From IMG/VR virus record IMGVR_UViG_2565956613_000007: a DNA stretch of 23,585 nt; one strand, given 5' to 3'. The DNA comes from a virus. Its lineage: Duplodnaviria > Heunggongvirae > Uroviricota > Caudoviricetes. The notes beneath the pieces are model-generated. The model was not told the origin of the DNA. It saw nothing but the letters and a program-made list of their open reading frames with translations, and searched no databases. Of this stretch, positions 8,838 through 20,817 are shown one piece after another; the first letter of the stretch is position 1, and the number at the start of each line of letters is the position of its first letter. The translations under genes were made by a program, and so were the position numbers.

Positions 8838-9515
8838 TCACTCCACTACAAACCAGTCACATGCCAGTAAGTCGCCTACAGAAGGAACCCACGGAACAAC
8901 TACACCTTGTGCATTTTTTAAGGCGAAATAAGCACCATACGGAACGAGGTCGCCGGGGAAATATCCCTTAATGGCTTCCATTCGTGCCGGGTACTGTCCT
9001 TCAGGAACCAGCCAGCAGAATTGGTTTTCGCCGTTCCACCCGCGTCGAGCAACTTTCTTGCCATCCTTCAGCCACATCAGCGCGTCAGAAAAGTCGGCTG
9101 CTTCAAGGTCGATTTCTTCTTGTAGAGTAGCGATACCGCCAGCAGAAATAGTTACGTCCCTGGCTGTAATGAATGTCACCCCATTGTGACCTTCAATGCT
9201 GAGCGATACCCCATTTTCGAAGAAGTCGTTAGTCCGACTAAAGCCTTCTTCAAATGTTTTTTCTGGTGAATAGGACAGAGATCCGTCCTCATAAGCGACC
9301 AGATATCCGCCAATTTCTGGTCGGTGTTTTTGCAAAAACATTTTATCAACATGGACTTTTACCCCTTCTGGCTCAACGACTTCGATGTTGCAAAGAAGGA
9401 CCACATCCATTAGGGCGATAATTTCGATATCTTTGATTTTTGAGGCGCGAACTGTTTTATGGCTTTTGTATTTTGGAAGTGCCGTCAAAAGCTCTTTCGT
9501 TGTCATGTTATTCAT
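8838..9515 (-). CDS. Two-domain protein (225 aa) with a C-terminal DUF2829/Tad2-like domain
   Basis: Preferred start ATG at 9515 with the strong SD GAGGAAAG; the track extends it to 9683 without good initiation signals. C-terminal segment FSDALMWLKDGKKVARRGWNGENQFCWLVPEG ... GDLLACDWFVVE fits the pattern I associate with DUF2829 (the family that includes the Thoeris anti-defence protein Tad2). This is a from-memory assignment. Confidence 0.55.
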   Translation of the reverse strand: MNNMTTKELLTALPKYKSHKTVRASKIKDIEIIALMDVVLLCNIEVVEPEGVKVHVDKMFLQKHRPEIGGYLVAYEDGSLSYSPEKTFEEGFSRTNDFFENGVSLSIEGHNGVTFITARDVTISAGGIATLQEEIDLEAADFSDALMWLKDGKKVARRGWNGENQFCWLVPEGQYPARMEAIKGYFPGDLVPYGAYFALKNAQGVVVPWVPSVGDLLACDWFVVE

Positions 9516-9529
9516 AGTCTTTCCTCTGC

Positions 9530-9712
9530 TTAAAACCTGATGTCTTGCGCCTTCAGGTGGGTCAGGAATGTTTTCCCACCAGCGAAAGCAATATCTCGGG
9601 GTGTTCTTTTCGTGAAAAGCGCGTGCCATTGCCAACTTTGGCGTTTGTTTGCGAGTTCGTGCTTTTGTCGGCGTCTGGACCACCGCTTTTCTTTCAGTCG
9701 TTTTTTACACAT
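9530..9712 (-). CDS. Possible small basic protein (60 aa)
   Basis: The ATG directly abuts the ssb stop (TGAATG) and the ORF ends 14 nt before the next gene start, so it fills the inter-gene gap exactly. Very Arg/Lys-rich. No SD of its own, so low confidence. Confidence 0.3.
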   Translation of the reverse strand: MCKKRLKEKRWSRRRQKHELANKRQSWQWHALFTKRTPRDIAFAGGKTFLTHLKAQDIRF

Positions 9713-10201
9713 TCAAAACGGAATATCGTCGTCAAAGTCCATTGGAGGTTCGTTATTGGCGTTGCTCTGAGGTTTACCGCCACCACTGTATTGCTGGTGG
9801 TTTTGAGGTTGGTTTGATTGCCCCCAGCCATTTGAGGACTGTGAATCGTCACGGCGAGCGCCGATCATTTGCATGGTGCCGCCCTGGCTGACGATAATTT
9901 CCGTCGTGTAACGTTCTACACCGGCGTCATCTGTCCACTTACGGGTTTTAAGTTTCCCTTCGATGTAGACCTGAGAACCTTTTCGTAAATATTCACTCGC
10001 AATTTCAGCAAGTTTTCCGAACAAAACTACTTTATGCCATTCTGTTTGCTCTTTCTGTTGGCCCGTTTGCTTGTCGCGCCATGATTCATTCGTTGCGATG
10101 CTGAGTCTTCCGACCGCGCCGCCATTTGGTATATACCTGATCTCCGGGTCTTGCCCCAGGGTACCAATCAGGATGACTTTGTTTACACCGCGTTGTGCCA
10201 C
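9713..10201 (-). CDS. ssb: Single-stranded DNA-binding protein (162 aa)
   Basis: Classic SSB OB-fold sequence ([18 protein letters not shown] ... [14 protein letters not shown]), a Gly/Gln-rich linker and the acidic C-terminal tail MDFDDDIPF. Confidence 0.92.
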   Translation of the reverse strand: MAQRGVNKVILIGTLGQDPEIRYIPNGGAVGRLSIATNESWRDKQTGQQKEQTEWHKVVLFGKLAEIASEYLRKGSQVYIEGKLKTRKWTDDAGVERYTTEIIVSQGGTMQMIGARRDDSQSSNGWGQSNQPQNHQQYSGGGKPQSNANNEPPMDFDDDIPF

Positions 10202-10220
10202 TTATCTTACCTAATAAAAT

Positions 10221-10237
10221 AAATTAATTAGAGCAAT
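10221..10237 (-). promoter_or_regulatory. C1 repressor operator-like 17-mer (16 of 17 match to the consensus ATTGCTCTAATAAATTT as I recall it)
   Basis: Seen in sequence: the minus strand reads ATTGCTCTAATTAATTT, located 20 to 36 bp upstream of the ssb start in the ssb/lyz divergent region. Confidence 0.5.
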
Positions 10238-10260
10238 AATGTATATCTTTGAAACGTGGC

Positions 10261-10282
10261 TAACAAGTGATTTGCATTATCC
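10261..10282 (+). promoter_or_regulatory. Putative late-promoter element TAACAAGTGA plus downstream AT-rich hexamer
   Basis: Seen in sequence: TAACAAGTGA at 10261..10270 followed by tttgcaTTATCC, about 90 bp upstream of lyz. The same 10-mer recurs upstream of prt; the ACAAGTGA core recurs upstream of the gene at 22558..23199. Confidence 0.4.
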
Positions 10283-10370
10283 TGTGCCTTCTAAAGGGAT
10301 CGAGTCAGTCGGTATTGGCTGTGAATGAGTGTTTGTCCTGGAGCGTAAAAAATTCGCTTATGAGGTCTTT

Positions 10371-10928
10371 ATGAAGGGAAAAACAGCCGCAGGAGGCGGT
10401 GCAATTTGCGCTATCGCGGTGATGATTACCATCGTGATGGGTAATGGCAATGTGCGAACCAACCAGGCGGGGCTTGAGCTGATTGGTAACGCTGAAGGTT
10501 GCCGACGTGATCCATACATGTGCCCGGCGGGGGTATGGACTGACGGGATTGGTAATACACACGGGGTAACGCCGGGTGTGCGAAAAACCGACCAGCAAAT
10601 CGCCGCTGATTGGGAAAAGAATATCCTGATCGCTGAACGCTGTATTAATCAGCACTTCCGGGGCAAAGACATGCCCGATAATGCCTTCAGTGCAATGACA
10701 AGCGCGGCATTCAATATGGGATGCAATAGCTTACGAACCTACTACAGCAAAGCGCGAGGCATGCGAGTAGAAACGTCCATCCACAAGTGGGCGCAGAAAG
10801 GGGAATGGGTGAATATGTGTAACCATCTCCCTGATTTCGTGAACAGTAACGGCGTGCCCCTGCGAGGTTTAAAGATTCGCCGTGAAAAAGAACGCCAGCT
10901 TTGCCTGACAGGACTGGTCAATGAATAA
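10371..10928 (+). CDS. lyz: SAR endolysin, T4-lysozyme-like fold (185 aa)
   Basis: Preferred start ATG 10371 (GAGG upstream). N-terminal signal-anchor-release segment AAGGGAICAIAVMITIVMG. With this start, Cys13, Glu42, Cys44, Cys51 and Thr57 fall at the positions I recall for P1 Lyz. Confidence 0.88.
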   Translation: MKGKTAAGGGAICAIAVMITIVMGNGNVRTNQAGLELIGNAEGCRRDPYMCPAGVWTDGIGNTHGVTPGVRKTDQQIAADWEKNILIAERCINQHFRGKDMPDNAFSAMTSAAFNMGCNSLRTYYSKARGMRVETSIHKWAQKGEWVNMCNHLPDFVNSNGVPLRGLKIRREKERQLCLTGLVNE

Positions 10929-11175
10929 ACTCCGGCAGCTCCGCCGACTTTCGACAATGAAGTTATCGCTGGCGGCGATAGTTTTCGACTCGATTTTCAT
11001 GGCGGTATATGTGCTCAATGAGACGTGGCCACTGGAACCGCTATTGTATGCTGGGCTTCGGCTGTGCCTGACATTTTTGAGCATGGCTGCAAGATTGATG
11101 CAGCAGAAAGAAACCGCTTCAGATTGTCCACGCCGCGCGGTGCGCAAATATATGGCACGCAGGCGAAGGCGATAA
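10921..11175 (+). CDS. Small membrane protein (84 aa) with a poly-Arg C-terminus, translationally coupled to lyz
   Basis: ATG overlaps the lyz stop (ATGAATAA). Hydrophobic core LSLAAIVFDSIFMAVYVL and C-terminus RKYMARRRRR. Possibly lysis-associated; function not established. Confidence 0.45.
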   Translation: MNKLRQLRRLSTMKLSLAAIVFDSIFMAVYVLNETWPLEPLLYAGLRLCLTFLSMAARLMQQKETASDCPRRAVRKYMARRRRR

Positions 11176-11188
11176 TAGTTAACGAGAA

Positions 11189-11214
11189 CCCCGGCAGCCG
11201 CCGGGGTTATTTTT
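11189..11214 (+). terminator. Rho-independent terminator after the lyz operon
   Basis: Seen in sequence: CCCCGGC-agcc-GCCGGGG stem-loop followed by TTATTTTT. It lies between the convergent lyz operon and pro. Confidence 0.7.
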
Positions 11215-11219
11215 GGTGG

Positions 11220-13950
<2,731 letters not shown>

Positions 13951-13984
13951 TTAATTAGAATAATTCGCATCGTGTTTGAACGGA

Positions 13985-14006
13985 ATTTAACACTAGTCAC
14001 TTGTTA
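13985..14006 (-). promoter_or_regulatory. Putative late-promoter element for prt within a near-palindromic 21-bp sequence
   Basis: Seen in sequence: the minus strand reads TAACAAGTGActagtgTTAAAT. The surrounding 21-mer TTAACA-AGTGACTAG-TGTTAA has 6-bp inverted arms and sits in the 75-bp prt/darB divergent spacer. Confidence 0.4.
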
Positions 14007-14016
14007 AGGATTACCA

Positions 14017-17000
14017 ATGAACAAGCTATCTATGGGGGTGTTTCGCTGTTCAAGTGTCAGCGAAATATTGAAATACATTAGGGCAATAACATCTCACCGA
14101 GCGCCGATTAGATACGGCGTGGAAAAGGTGGAAGGCAAAAGCTATGACCGACTACGCCGGGAGGCGAATCAGAAGGCGATTGATTTGCTTAATTCGCTGG
14201 TGGACGGCGCGACACTGACAGATGAACAGCGCCAGATCCTGGCTGGGTACACCGGTGAAGGCGGCATTGGCGGGTCCGTCTCCGAATATTACACACCAAA
14301 GCCGATCGCTGAAGGTGTCTGGGAGATCATGAAGCTCTACGGCGCGGACGTAGGTAACACTCTGGAACCATCGGCGGGCACCGGCGTTTTTAATGAGACA
14401 AAACCGGTTGGTACGGTGATGACTGCGACTGAGATCAGCAGTGTTTCCGGTCGTATAAACCAGCTGTTACACCCGGAAGACAGCGTACAGATTTCCCCGT
14501 TCGAACAGCTGGCTGTAAGCACGCCTAACGATTCATTCGACCATGTTGTGGGTAACGTTCCGTTCGGTGGTCGTGATAACACACGCAACATCGATAAGCC
14601 TTACGCAGAAGAAACGGACATGGGTTCTTACTTCATGCTCCGCATGCTGGACAAGATAAAGCCAGGCGGATTCATGTGCGTGATTGTGCCGCCGTCCATT
14701 GTTTCAGGTTCAAACATGAAGCGGTTACGCCTGCGCCTATCACGGAAAGCTGAATTTCTTGGTGCTCACCGCTTGCCTACCGGTACTTTTGACGCAAACG
14801 GGACCAGTACAGTCGTTGATGTGGTGCTGATGCGCAAACATCCGGCAGAGATGGCTGAGAAAATCCCCCTGGTGGATGAAAGCACTCTTGAATCGGCAAA
14901 TGTGCTTTGGCCAACGTTTATTTCTGGCAAGTGGTTTGAAAAGGACGGTCGCCGGTTTGTTCATGGCACCCAGGAGAAGGGATTCCAGGGGCGTATTGAG
15001 GTTCGTGCCGACGGGCAGATTGATAACCAGGCTCTTAAAGCGAAGCTGATTCATCGTTTCGAAAGTCGTATCGACTGGTCTTTACTCAATATGGCTGAAC
15101 CGTCACCGACCGCAGACGTTGTTGATGAAGGGGAAATGCGCCTGATTAATGGCGTATGGCAAAAATATGCTGGTGGTCGCTGGATTGAATCTGATGCAGG
15201 GAAGGAGCTGAAGATTGATGTTGCCAGTTATGGCGCGGACAGCTGGGAGGCTCTTCAGCGTAACCTGACTACAACAGAAGGCCGTCTCGGTATGACATTT
15301 ACCCAGATGGCAAATGTCCGCGATAAGTACACCACATCAATCAGCGACGATATGGTGCAGCTGGTGGACTGGATTAACAGCCAGCCTGAAAAATACCGTG
15401 AACGCTTGTATCGCGGGGCGATGATTGGCCGGATGTTAATTGAATATCAGGACATGAAGGCCGCCGGGCATAGTGCTGAACAAATCGAACAGCAGCGCCT
15501 TTCTCTGGTATCCCGTTTGCAGGCAGAGATTGACCGTTTTGGTAACCCCGGTCGCGGTCCGATAGCGAAATTATCGGGGAGCGGTGCGCGCGCCTGGTTT
15601 GCTTTCCGTGGTGCAATTAAGCTGGATGGCACTATTTCTGACGAGCTGACAGGAAAACTGGTTACGCATGATTCCAGCGCCAGTTATGACTCCACCAGCT
15701 ATCAGGACACCCTGCGTTATCTCTACAGTGATCTCACTCGCGATCCAATCCAGCTCGATGATTTCCGCCTTGCGTTTACCGGCGAACTGCCAGCCAGTGA
15801 TGACGAGTTGCTTAATTTATTGGCCAGCACCCCTGGCATTGCGGTTTCACCGTATGGCGGGATTGTTCCGTTCGCCCGCGCCACCAGCGGAGACATTAAC
15901 GAGATAGTGGCACCAAAACAGGAATTCCTTGCCACACTCCCCGACGGTCCAGTAAAGAACAACGTCCTTAATCAGCTGGCAGCGATCGAAGAGAAGCGCA
16001 TCAAGACGCCAGCAGAGAATATCCGCTTTAAGCTCAATAGCCGTTGGTTCGACCGTTCCGTCATTCTGGAATTTTTGCAGGAAAACGGCTATCCGGATCT
16101 TCGCTATGTGCAGTCAGTGCAGCTGGAAGGCGACGAAATGGTTTCTGACACCTATCACGGTGGTGATGGTCTGTTCGTCGGGCACCGATACGGTGTTGTC
16201 CAGCGCAAGGATAAAGAAACAGGCGAGATCCGCTACGAGTGGGACCGTAAATCAGGTGAAAACGCGACCGGGTTCCCGGCACAGCTGGAAAAGTATCTCA
16301 ATGGTGCGCGTATCGGTGGCAAAGATAGCGCGACGGCGAACGGCTACCGCGAGCAGATGGCACTGCTTGAGGACCAGTTCAATAAGTGGATCAAGACGCA
16401 CGATCGCTACGATGAACTGGTTGCCAAATACAACGATGTGTTCAATAGCAATATCCCGTATGAACACTCTGGCGATCCGCTTGGGTTGAAGGGATTAAGC
16501 GGTAAGCGCCAGCCATTTGATTACCAGAATAGCGAAGTGCGCCGACTGTCCGAAGATGGGCGCGGCATCCTGGGCTTCGGCACCGGGCTGGGTAAAACTA
16601 CGACCGCGCTGGCGCTTGAAGCGTTCAACTATGAGAACGGTCGCTCCACCCGTACTGCGTATGTAGTGCCTAAATCAGTGCTGGAAAACTGGTATTACGA
16701 AGCAAAAGAATTCCTGAGTGAAGAGGCATTCAGTAACTACCTGTTCGTCGGTCTTGATGTGCTGATGGATGGCGATCAGATTCGCCAGGTGCCGGTGCTC
16801 GATGAGAACGGTAAACCTGTTCTTGGTACTGATGGCACTCCAGTTATGCGCGATGCCCTAAAACTGGCAGATGAAGCCACTATCACGGCGCGGATGAACG
16901 CGATCCCGCACTCAAATTACCGTGCAGTCGTGTTTACCAAAGAACAATACGCCCGCATTCCGCTACGTGATGACACCGTAGATGAGCATGCACAGGATAT

Positions 17001-20000
17001 GCTTTATGACTTCGTTGCCGCCGGGCGCGTAGCCAGCGCAATGGACTCCGACTCCCACCGCAAAGAGGCCGCGCGTCGCCGGGTATTGTCGGAGTATTCA
17101 GATACCGGCACCGAAAAAGCAGAGAAGTATCCGTACTTTGAGGATATGGGCTTCGATAGTGTGATCGCTGACGAAGGTCACAACTACCGCAATAGCTATA
17201 AAAATGGTCGCGAAGCGTCACAACTGGCCTATCTGCCCACCAGCGCGGTGGCGCAATCGGCGCGGGATATGGCAATTAAAAACGCGTACCTGATGAAAAA
17301 GAATGGTGGGCGCGGACCGGTTCTCCTGACTGCAACGCCAGTCGTTAACACCCCGATCGATGCATACAACATGCTTTCTCATGTGCTGCCGAAGGAATAC
17401 TGGCAGAAGATGGGGATCTACGGTCCTGATGACTTCGTTAAATTCTTCGGCAAGACCAGGCTGGAAACGGTACAGAAAATCAGCGGTGAAGTTGAAGAAA
17501 AAATGGCGCTGGTGGGCTTTGAAAACCTTGATGCGCTGCGCGGCATATTCCATCGCTGGACAACGCTTAAAACGGCGGAAGACGTTAAGGATACCGTGGA
17601 GATCCCGGAACTGGACGAGCACCAGCAGGATGCACCACTTACTGAAGAACAACTGGCGGCGTATGAAGAATTACGTCAGCAGGCGGAAGCGGCAGCAAAA
17701 GCCAACAATGGCGTAACGACCTCGGTCAATGAAGACGGCGTGATTGAGCACGAGAAAGCCCGTCCGATCTTCTCAATAATCAGGGATATGGACCGCGTAT
17801 GTACTGACATGGACCTGTACTATCGCAGGATCACCTATCGTTTCCTGCCGGAGTACGCCGATGCGGTGCAGCAGCTGGCGGACAGTTTGCCTAAACAAGC
17901 CACCAGCGAAGACGACGACAGTGATGATTCAATCACGCAGCAATCGCAATACTCCCTGATAGATAAGGGCGAGTTTATTCAGTTGCAGGTTCCGGAAGCG
18001 TTCGAGCAGGAAGTGAATAAGCGCCTGGCCAGGTTTGGCATTGACGAACAGACCGTAACTCACCCCGTTACACCCAAATACGCGAAGCTGATCGCCACGC
18101 TGAAGGAGTTTTTCCCGGAAGGTAAGCAAATCATCTTCACGGACGAAAAAACGCAGCACCAGAAGCTCAAGCGCATTATCTGCAATGCTCTTAACCTTGA
18201 ACCTTCAAAGGTGGGGATCCTGAATGCTCAGACGGTTGCCGAGGCAGGTAAAACCGGTAAGAAACTGAAAGCGGTTAAACCGCCGAAAGAGTTACCGGAT
18301 GAACCAACAGATGCACAGATAGCGAAATACAACGAGCAAATGGCTCTGTATGACGCCTATATCGCGCAGCAAAATGAAATGTCGTTGGGCGGTCTGGAAA
18401 AGATTGCTGCCGACTTCCAGGAGGGCCGGACCCCGATCATCATCTGCAACAAAAAGGCAGAGGTGGGTATCAACCTGCATCGAGGAACGACTGACATCCA
18501 TCATCTGACGTTGCCATGGACACCAGCCAGTATCGCACAGCGTAACGGTCGCGGTGCCCGAGTTGGCTCCAACCGTGCAAGCGTACGCGTTCACTACTAC
18601 TGCGGCAAAGGTTCTTTCGATGAATACCGACTGAAGACGCTGAAGCGTAAAGCAGGCTGGATCTCCGATATCCTCCGTTCAGATAAGTCAGAAATGGAGA
18701 ACGCCGACGCCAACGATATGATCGAAATGCAGATGTATACCGCTAAGGATGATGGCGAACGTCTGGCAATGATGCAGGTTCAAATGGATAAGGCGAAAGC
18801 CGCGCAACGCGCTCGCCAGAAAGAACAGGCTACTATCGACCTTCAGAACTACATCAAGGCGCAGCACGCAGCTGGCGAGGATGTGGAGGTACTTACCGCT
18901 GAATTAGAGCGAAGCAAAGCGGAACTTGAAAAGACCACCGCCGAGGTAGCTAAATTCAAACAGACGGTAATGGCCAAAGCAGCTGATAACGCAGACTGGA
19001 AGGCCCGCTGGGGTAGCGTCCATCACACAGACCGTACGTTGTTAGCACAGTATCGCGCGTCGTTGAAAAGCGCCATTCAGCGCAAGGCTAATATCTCTCA
19101 AGCCATCTCCCGCTATGAGAAATTATTGAACCGTACTCAGAAGGCCGCGACGGATATCAAACGCCTGCGCCCGCTGGTGGAGGATGCAATAAATAAAGGC
19201 ATTCTGGATGTTGATCCTGATCTGGTTAACCATGCGAATAAGTTCCTTGTTATCGGCGATCGCTCATGGCGTGTAGGCCAATACTACGATTGTGCCGGTG
19301 ATATCGTTCGCATTAAGTCGCTGGACTTCGACAGCCAGCGCGCAGACGTGGAGATCATCTTTACCTTCAAAGGCACCAAATCGGGTAACTGGGATGTGAA
19401 GACGCTGGATAAACAGGTGGATGTAACTCCCGATGAAGATGCTGTTATGCAGAAAATCAGTGGTGGCGTCTCCATCGCCGGGATTAATGACATCATTTCC
19501 TGTGACGATTTCTACCGTTTCCAGCAGCGCGGCATGATCAAAATCACTGACTCATACGGCGTTCAGACTACAGAGTCAGGCTATAGCATTGATTTTGTTG
19601 GTACCTATACGGCCCCACTGAAGCATGCGGTTTACCCGGATCGCCGTGACGGCGCGCTGAAGTCGTCAATTGCAAAATGGGTGCTTGGTATGATGTCGGA
19701 AGGGAATAACCGCCAGATCCGTTCGGCAGAAACATTCCTGGTTGAATTGTTTGGCTCCAATTATGGCGATGTAATCGCGTCATACGGAGATACGCTATCC
19801 CCTGAAGCAATTCAGGAGAAAATAGTGGATGCGATCGCAAAAATGCCGGAGAAAACAAGCCAGGGGGCTACTCGTAACGGGGATTCTGAACTTGAGGTCA
19901 CCAATGCCATTTTCGGTACCCATGAGTTCCGGGCGTCAGATTATGAGATCACCACAGCACAGTTTGGCACTATTGGCATTTACAGCAATAAAGCCGATAT

Positions 20001-20784
20001 CAAGCAGGCAATGGACGCAGCAAGCGCGCGCATCGCAGCAGAACGGGAAGCCAATCTGAATCATGCAGTCGCCGCACTGACTCAATCGTGGGTAACAGCA
20101 ATCAGGGAGGCCGCCACCACAGGGAAAATCACACCTGCAATTGCGGATGTCGTAAACGACGGCTCTAAATTTATGGATGCCTATAAAATGGATTCGGTGC
20201 AGTTGCCATCAGCCTATGGCCAACTCAGCTATCGCATGACCTACAACCTGGTATCAATGTTTTCCGACCTTGCCATCCTTGGGCTGGTGGATCTTAACGA
20301 GGTTACGCCGGAATTGCTCAGCATGCGCAAGAATCATGTGGAGATATTGCAGAGAATTAACACGGTTCTTGCCGGGCGCACCGATGAAGAGAAACAGGCC
20401 GACGCTGATCGGATAAACCTGGCCCTTGGCAACATCACGGAGGAAGAAATTGCCGCCAGAAACGAGAAACAAGAAGAGTTATCATCAATACAGGGTGATG
20501 CCACCAGCATAGCTCAGTCTCTTGGTCTGAATTATCGCGTATCCACCGCCGACCTGAAGATGATGTACGCACCAAAATTCGCCGCTGGCGAGGTATTTGG
20601 GCTTCAGGAAGCCTCAGGCATGAAAGGCGTTCTTTTCCGTGCCAAAGACGCAATCAAGGCGAAATTCGGCGCTCGCTGGCTGCCAGCGAAGGCGAAGAAC
20701 AGCGATTTCCCGGGTAACTGGTGGATTATCGAGACAAAACACAACGTGGCGGACGTTCTGGCCGTCATCCAACAATACGCATAA
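14017..20784 (+). CDS. darB: DarB-like giant antirestriction protein: N-terminal N6-adenine methyltransferase motifs plus an SF2/SNF2-like helicase domain (2255 aa)
   Basis: AAGGA 6 nt upstream of the ATG. SAM-binding motif LEPSAGTGVF (14362..14391), catalytic-type motif VGNVPFGG (14548..14571), Walker A GFGTGLGKTT (16573..16602), DEGH box (about 17167..17181) and motif VI QRNGRGAR (about 18538..18561). Length matches my recollection of P1 DarB. Confidence 0.88.
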   Translation: MNKLSMGVFRCSSVSEILKYIRAITSHRAPIRYGVEKVEGKSYDRLRREANQKAIDLLNSLVDGATLTDEQRQILAGYTGEGGIGGSVSEYYTPKPIAEGVWEIMKLYGADVGNTLEPSAGTGVFNETKPVGTVMTATEISSVSGRINQLLHPEDSVQISPFEQLAVSTPNDSFDHVVGNVPFGGRDNTRNIDKPYAEETDMGSYFMLRMLDKIKPGGFMCVIVPPSIVSGSNMKRLRLRLSRKAEFLGAHRLPTGTFDANGTSTVVDVVLMRKHPAEMAEKIPLVDESTLESANVLWPTFISGKWFEKDGRRFVHGTQEKGFQGRIEVRADGQIDNQALKAKLIHRFESRIDWSLLNMAEPSPTADVVDEGEMRLINGVWQKYAGGRWIESDAGKELKIDVASYGADSWEALQRNLTTTEGRLGMTFTQMANVRDKYTTSISDDMVQLVDWINSQPEKYRERLYRGAMIGRMLIEYQDMKAAGHSAEQIEQQRLSLVSRLQAEIDRFGNPGRGPIAKLSGSGARAWFAFRGAIKLDGTISDELTGKLVTHDSSASYDSTSYQDTLRYLYSDLTRDPIQLDDFRLAFTGELPASDDELLNLLASTPGIAVSPYGGIVPFARATSGDINEIVAPKQEFLATLPDGPVKNNVLNQLAAIEEKRIKTPAENIRFKLNSRWFDRSVILEFLQENGYPDLRYVQSVQLEGDEMVSDTYHGGDGLFVGHRYGVVQRKDKETGEIRYEWDRKSGENATGFPAQLEKYLNGARIGGKDSATANGYREQMALLEDQFNKWIKTHDRYDELVAKYNDVFNSNIPYEHSGDPLGLKGLSGKRQPFDYQNSEVRRLSEDGRGILGFGTGLGKTTTALALEAFNYENGRSTRTAYVVPKSVLENWYYEAKEFLSEEAFSNYLFVGLDVLMDGDQIRQVPVLDENGKPVLGTDGTPVMRDALKLADEATITARMNAIPHSNYRAVVFTKEQYARIPLRDDTVDEHAQDMLYDFVAAGRVASAMDSDSHRKEAARRRVLSEYSDTGTEKAEKYPYFEDMGFDSVIADEGHNYRNSYKNGREASQLAYLPTSAVAQSARDMAIKNAYLMKKNGGRGPVLLTATPVVNTPIDAYNMLSHVLPKEYWQKMGIYGPDDFVKFFGKTRLETVQKISGEVEEKMALVGFENLDALRGIFHRWTTLKTAEDVKDTVEIPELDEHQQDAPLTEEQLAAYEELRQQAEAAAKANNGVTTSVNEDGVIEHEKARPIFSIIRDMDRVCTDMDLYYRRITYRFLPEYADAVQQLADSLPKQATSEDDDSDDSITQQSQYSLIDKGEFIQLQVPEAFEQEVNKRLARFGIDEQTVTHPVTPKYAKLIATLKEFFPEGKQIIFTDEKTQHQKLKRIICNALNLEPSKVGILNAQTVAEAGKTGKKLKAVKPPKELPDEPTDAQIAKYNEQMALYDAYIAQQNEMSLGGLEKIAADFQEGRTPIIICNKKAEVGINLHRGTTDIHHLTLPWTPASIAQRNGRGARVGSNRASVRVHYYCGKGSFDEYRLKTLKRKAGWISDILRSDKSEMENADANDMIEMQMYTAKDDGERLAMMQVQMDKAKAAQRARQKEQATIDLQNYIKAQHAAGEDVEVLTAELERSKAELEKTTAEVAKFKQTVMAKAADNADWKARWGSVHHTDRTLLAQYRASLKSAIQRKANISQAISRYEKLLNRTQKAATDIKRLRPLVEDAINKGILDVDPDLVNHANKFLVIGDRSWRVGQYYDCAGDIVRIKSLDFDSQRADVEIIFTFKGTKSGNWDVKTLDKQVDVTPDEDAVMQKISGGVSIAGINDIISCDDFYRFQQRGMIKITDSYGVQTTESGYSIDFVGTYTAPLKHAVYPDRRDGALKSSIAKWVLGMMSEGNNRQIRSAETFLVELFGSNYGDVIASYGDTLSPEAIQEKIVDAIAKMPEKTSQGATRNGDSELEVTNAIFGTHEFRASDYEITTAQFGTIGIYSNKADIKQAMDAASARIAAEREANLNHAVAALTQSWVTAIREAATTGKITPAIADVVNDGSKFMDAYKMDSVQLPSAYGQLSYRMTYNLVSMFSDLAILGLVDLNEVTPELLSMRKNHVEILQRINTVLAGRTDEEKQADADRINLALGNITEEEIAARNEKQEELSSIQGDATSIAQSLGLNYRVSTADLKMMYAPKFAAGEVFGLQEASGMKGVLFRAKDAIKAKFGARWLPAKAKNSDFPGNWWIIETKHNVADVLAVIQQYA

Positions 20785-20790
20785 CAGGAG

Positions 20791-20808
20791 CGCCCGGTTC
20801 GCCGGGCG
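20791..20808 (+). ncRNA. GC-rich hairpin with a UUCG tetraloop between the SD and the ulx start codon (structured mRNA element)
   Basis: Seen in sequence: CGCCCGG-ttcg-CCGGGCG, a 7-bp stem, lying between AGGAG (20786..20790) and the ATG at 20818. Confidence 0.5.
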
Positions 20809-20817
20809 TCGCATAAT

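Noticed and set aside
9516-9683. N-terminal extension of the DUF2829-like gene to a GTG at 9683
   Set aside because: Weak initiation context compared with the ATG at 9515 (GAGGAAAG SD); the extension is Arg/Pro/Trp-rich and overlaps the 60-codon basic ORF in another frame.
10329-10370. Upstream extension of lyz to the ATG at 10329
   Set aside because: The ATG at 10371 has a better SD and reproduces the characteristic P1 Lyz residue numbering (Cys13, Glu42, Cys44, Cys51); the extension adds 14 residues with no signal.
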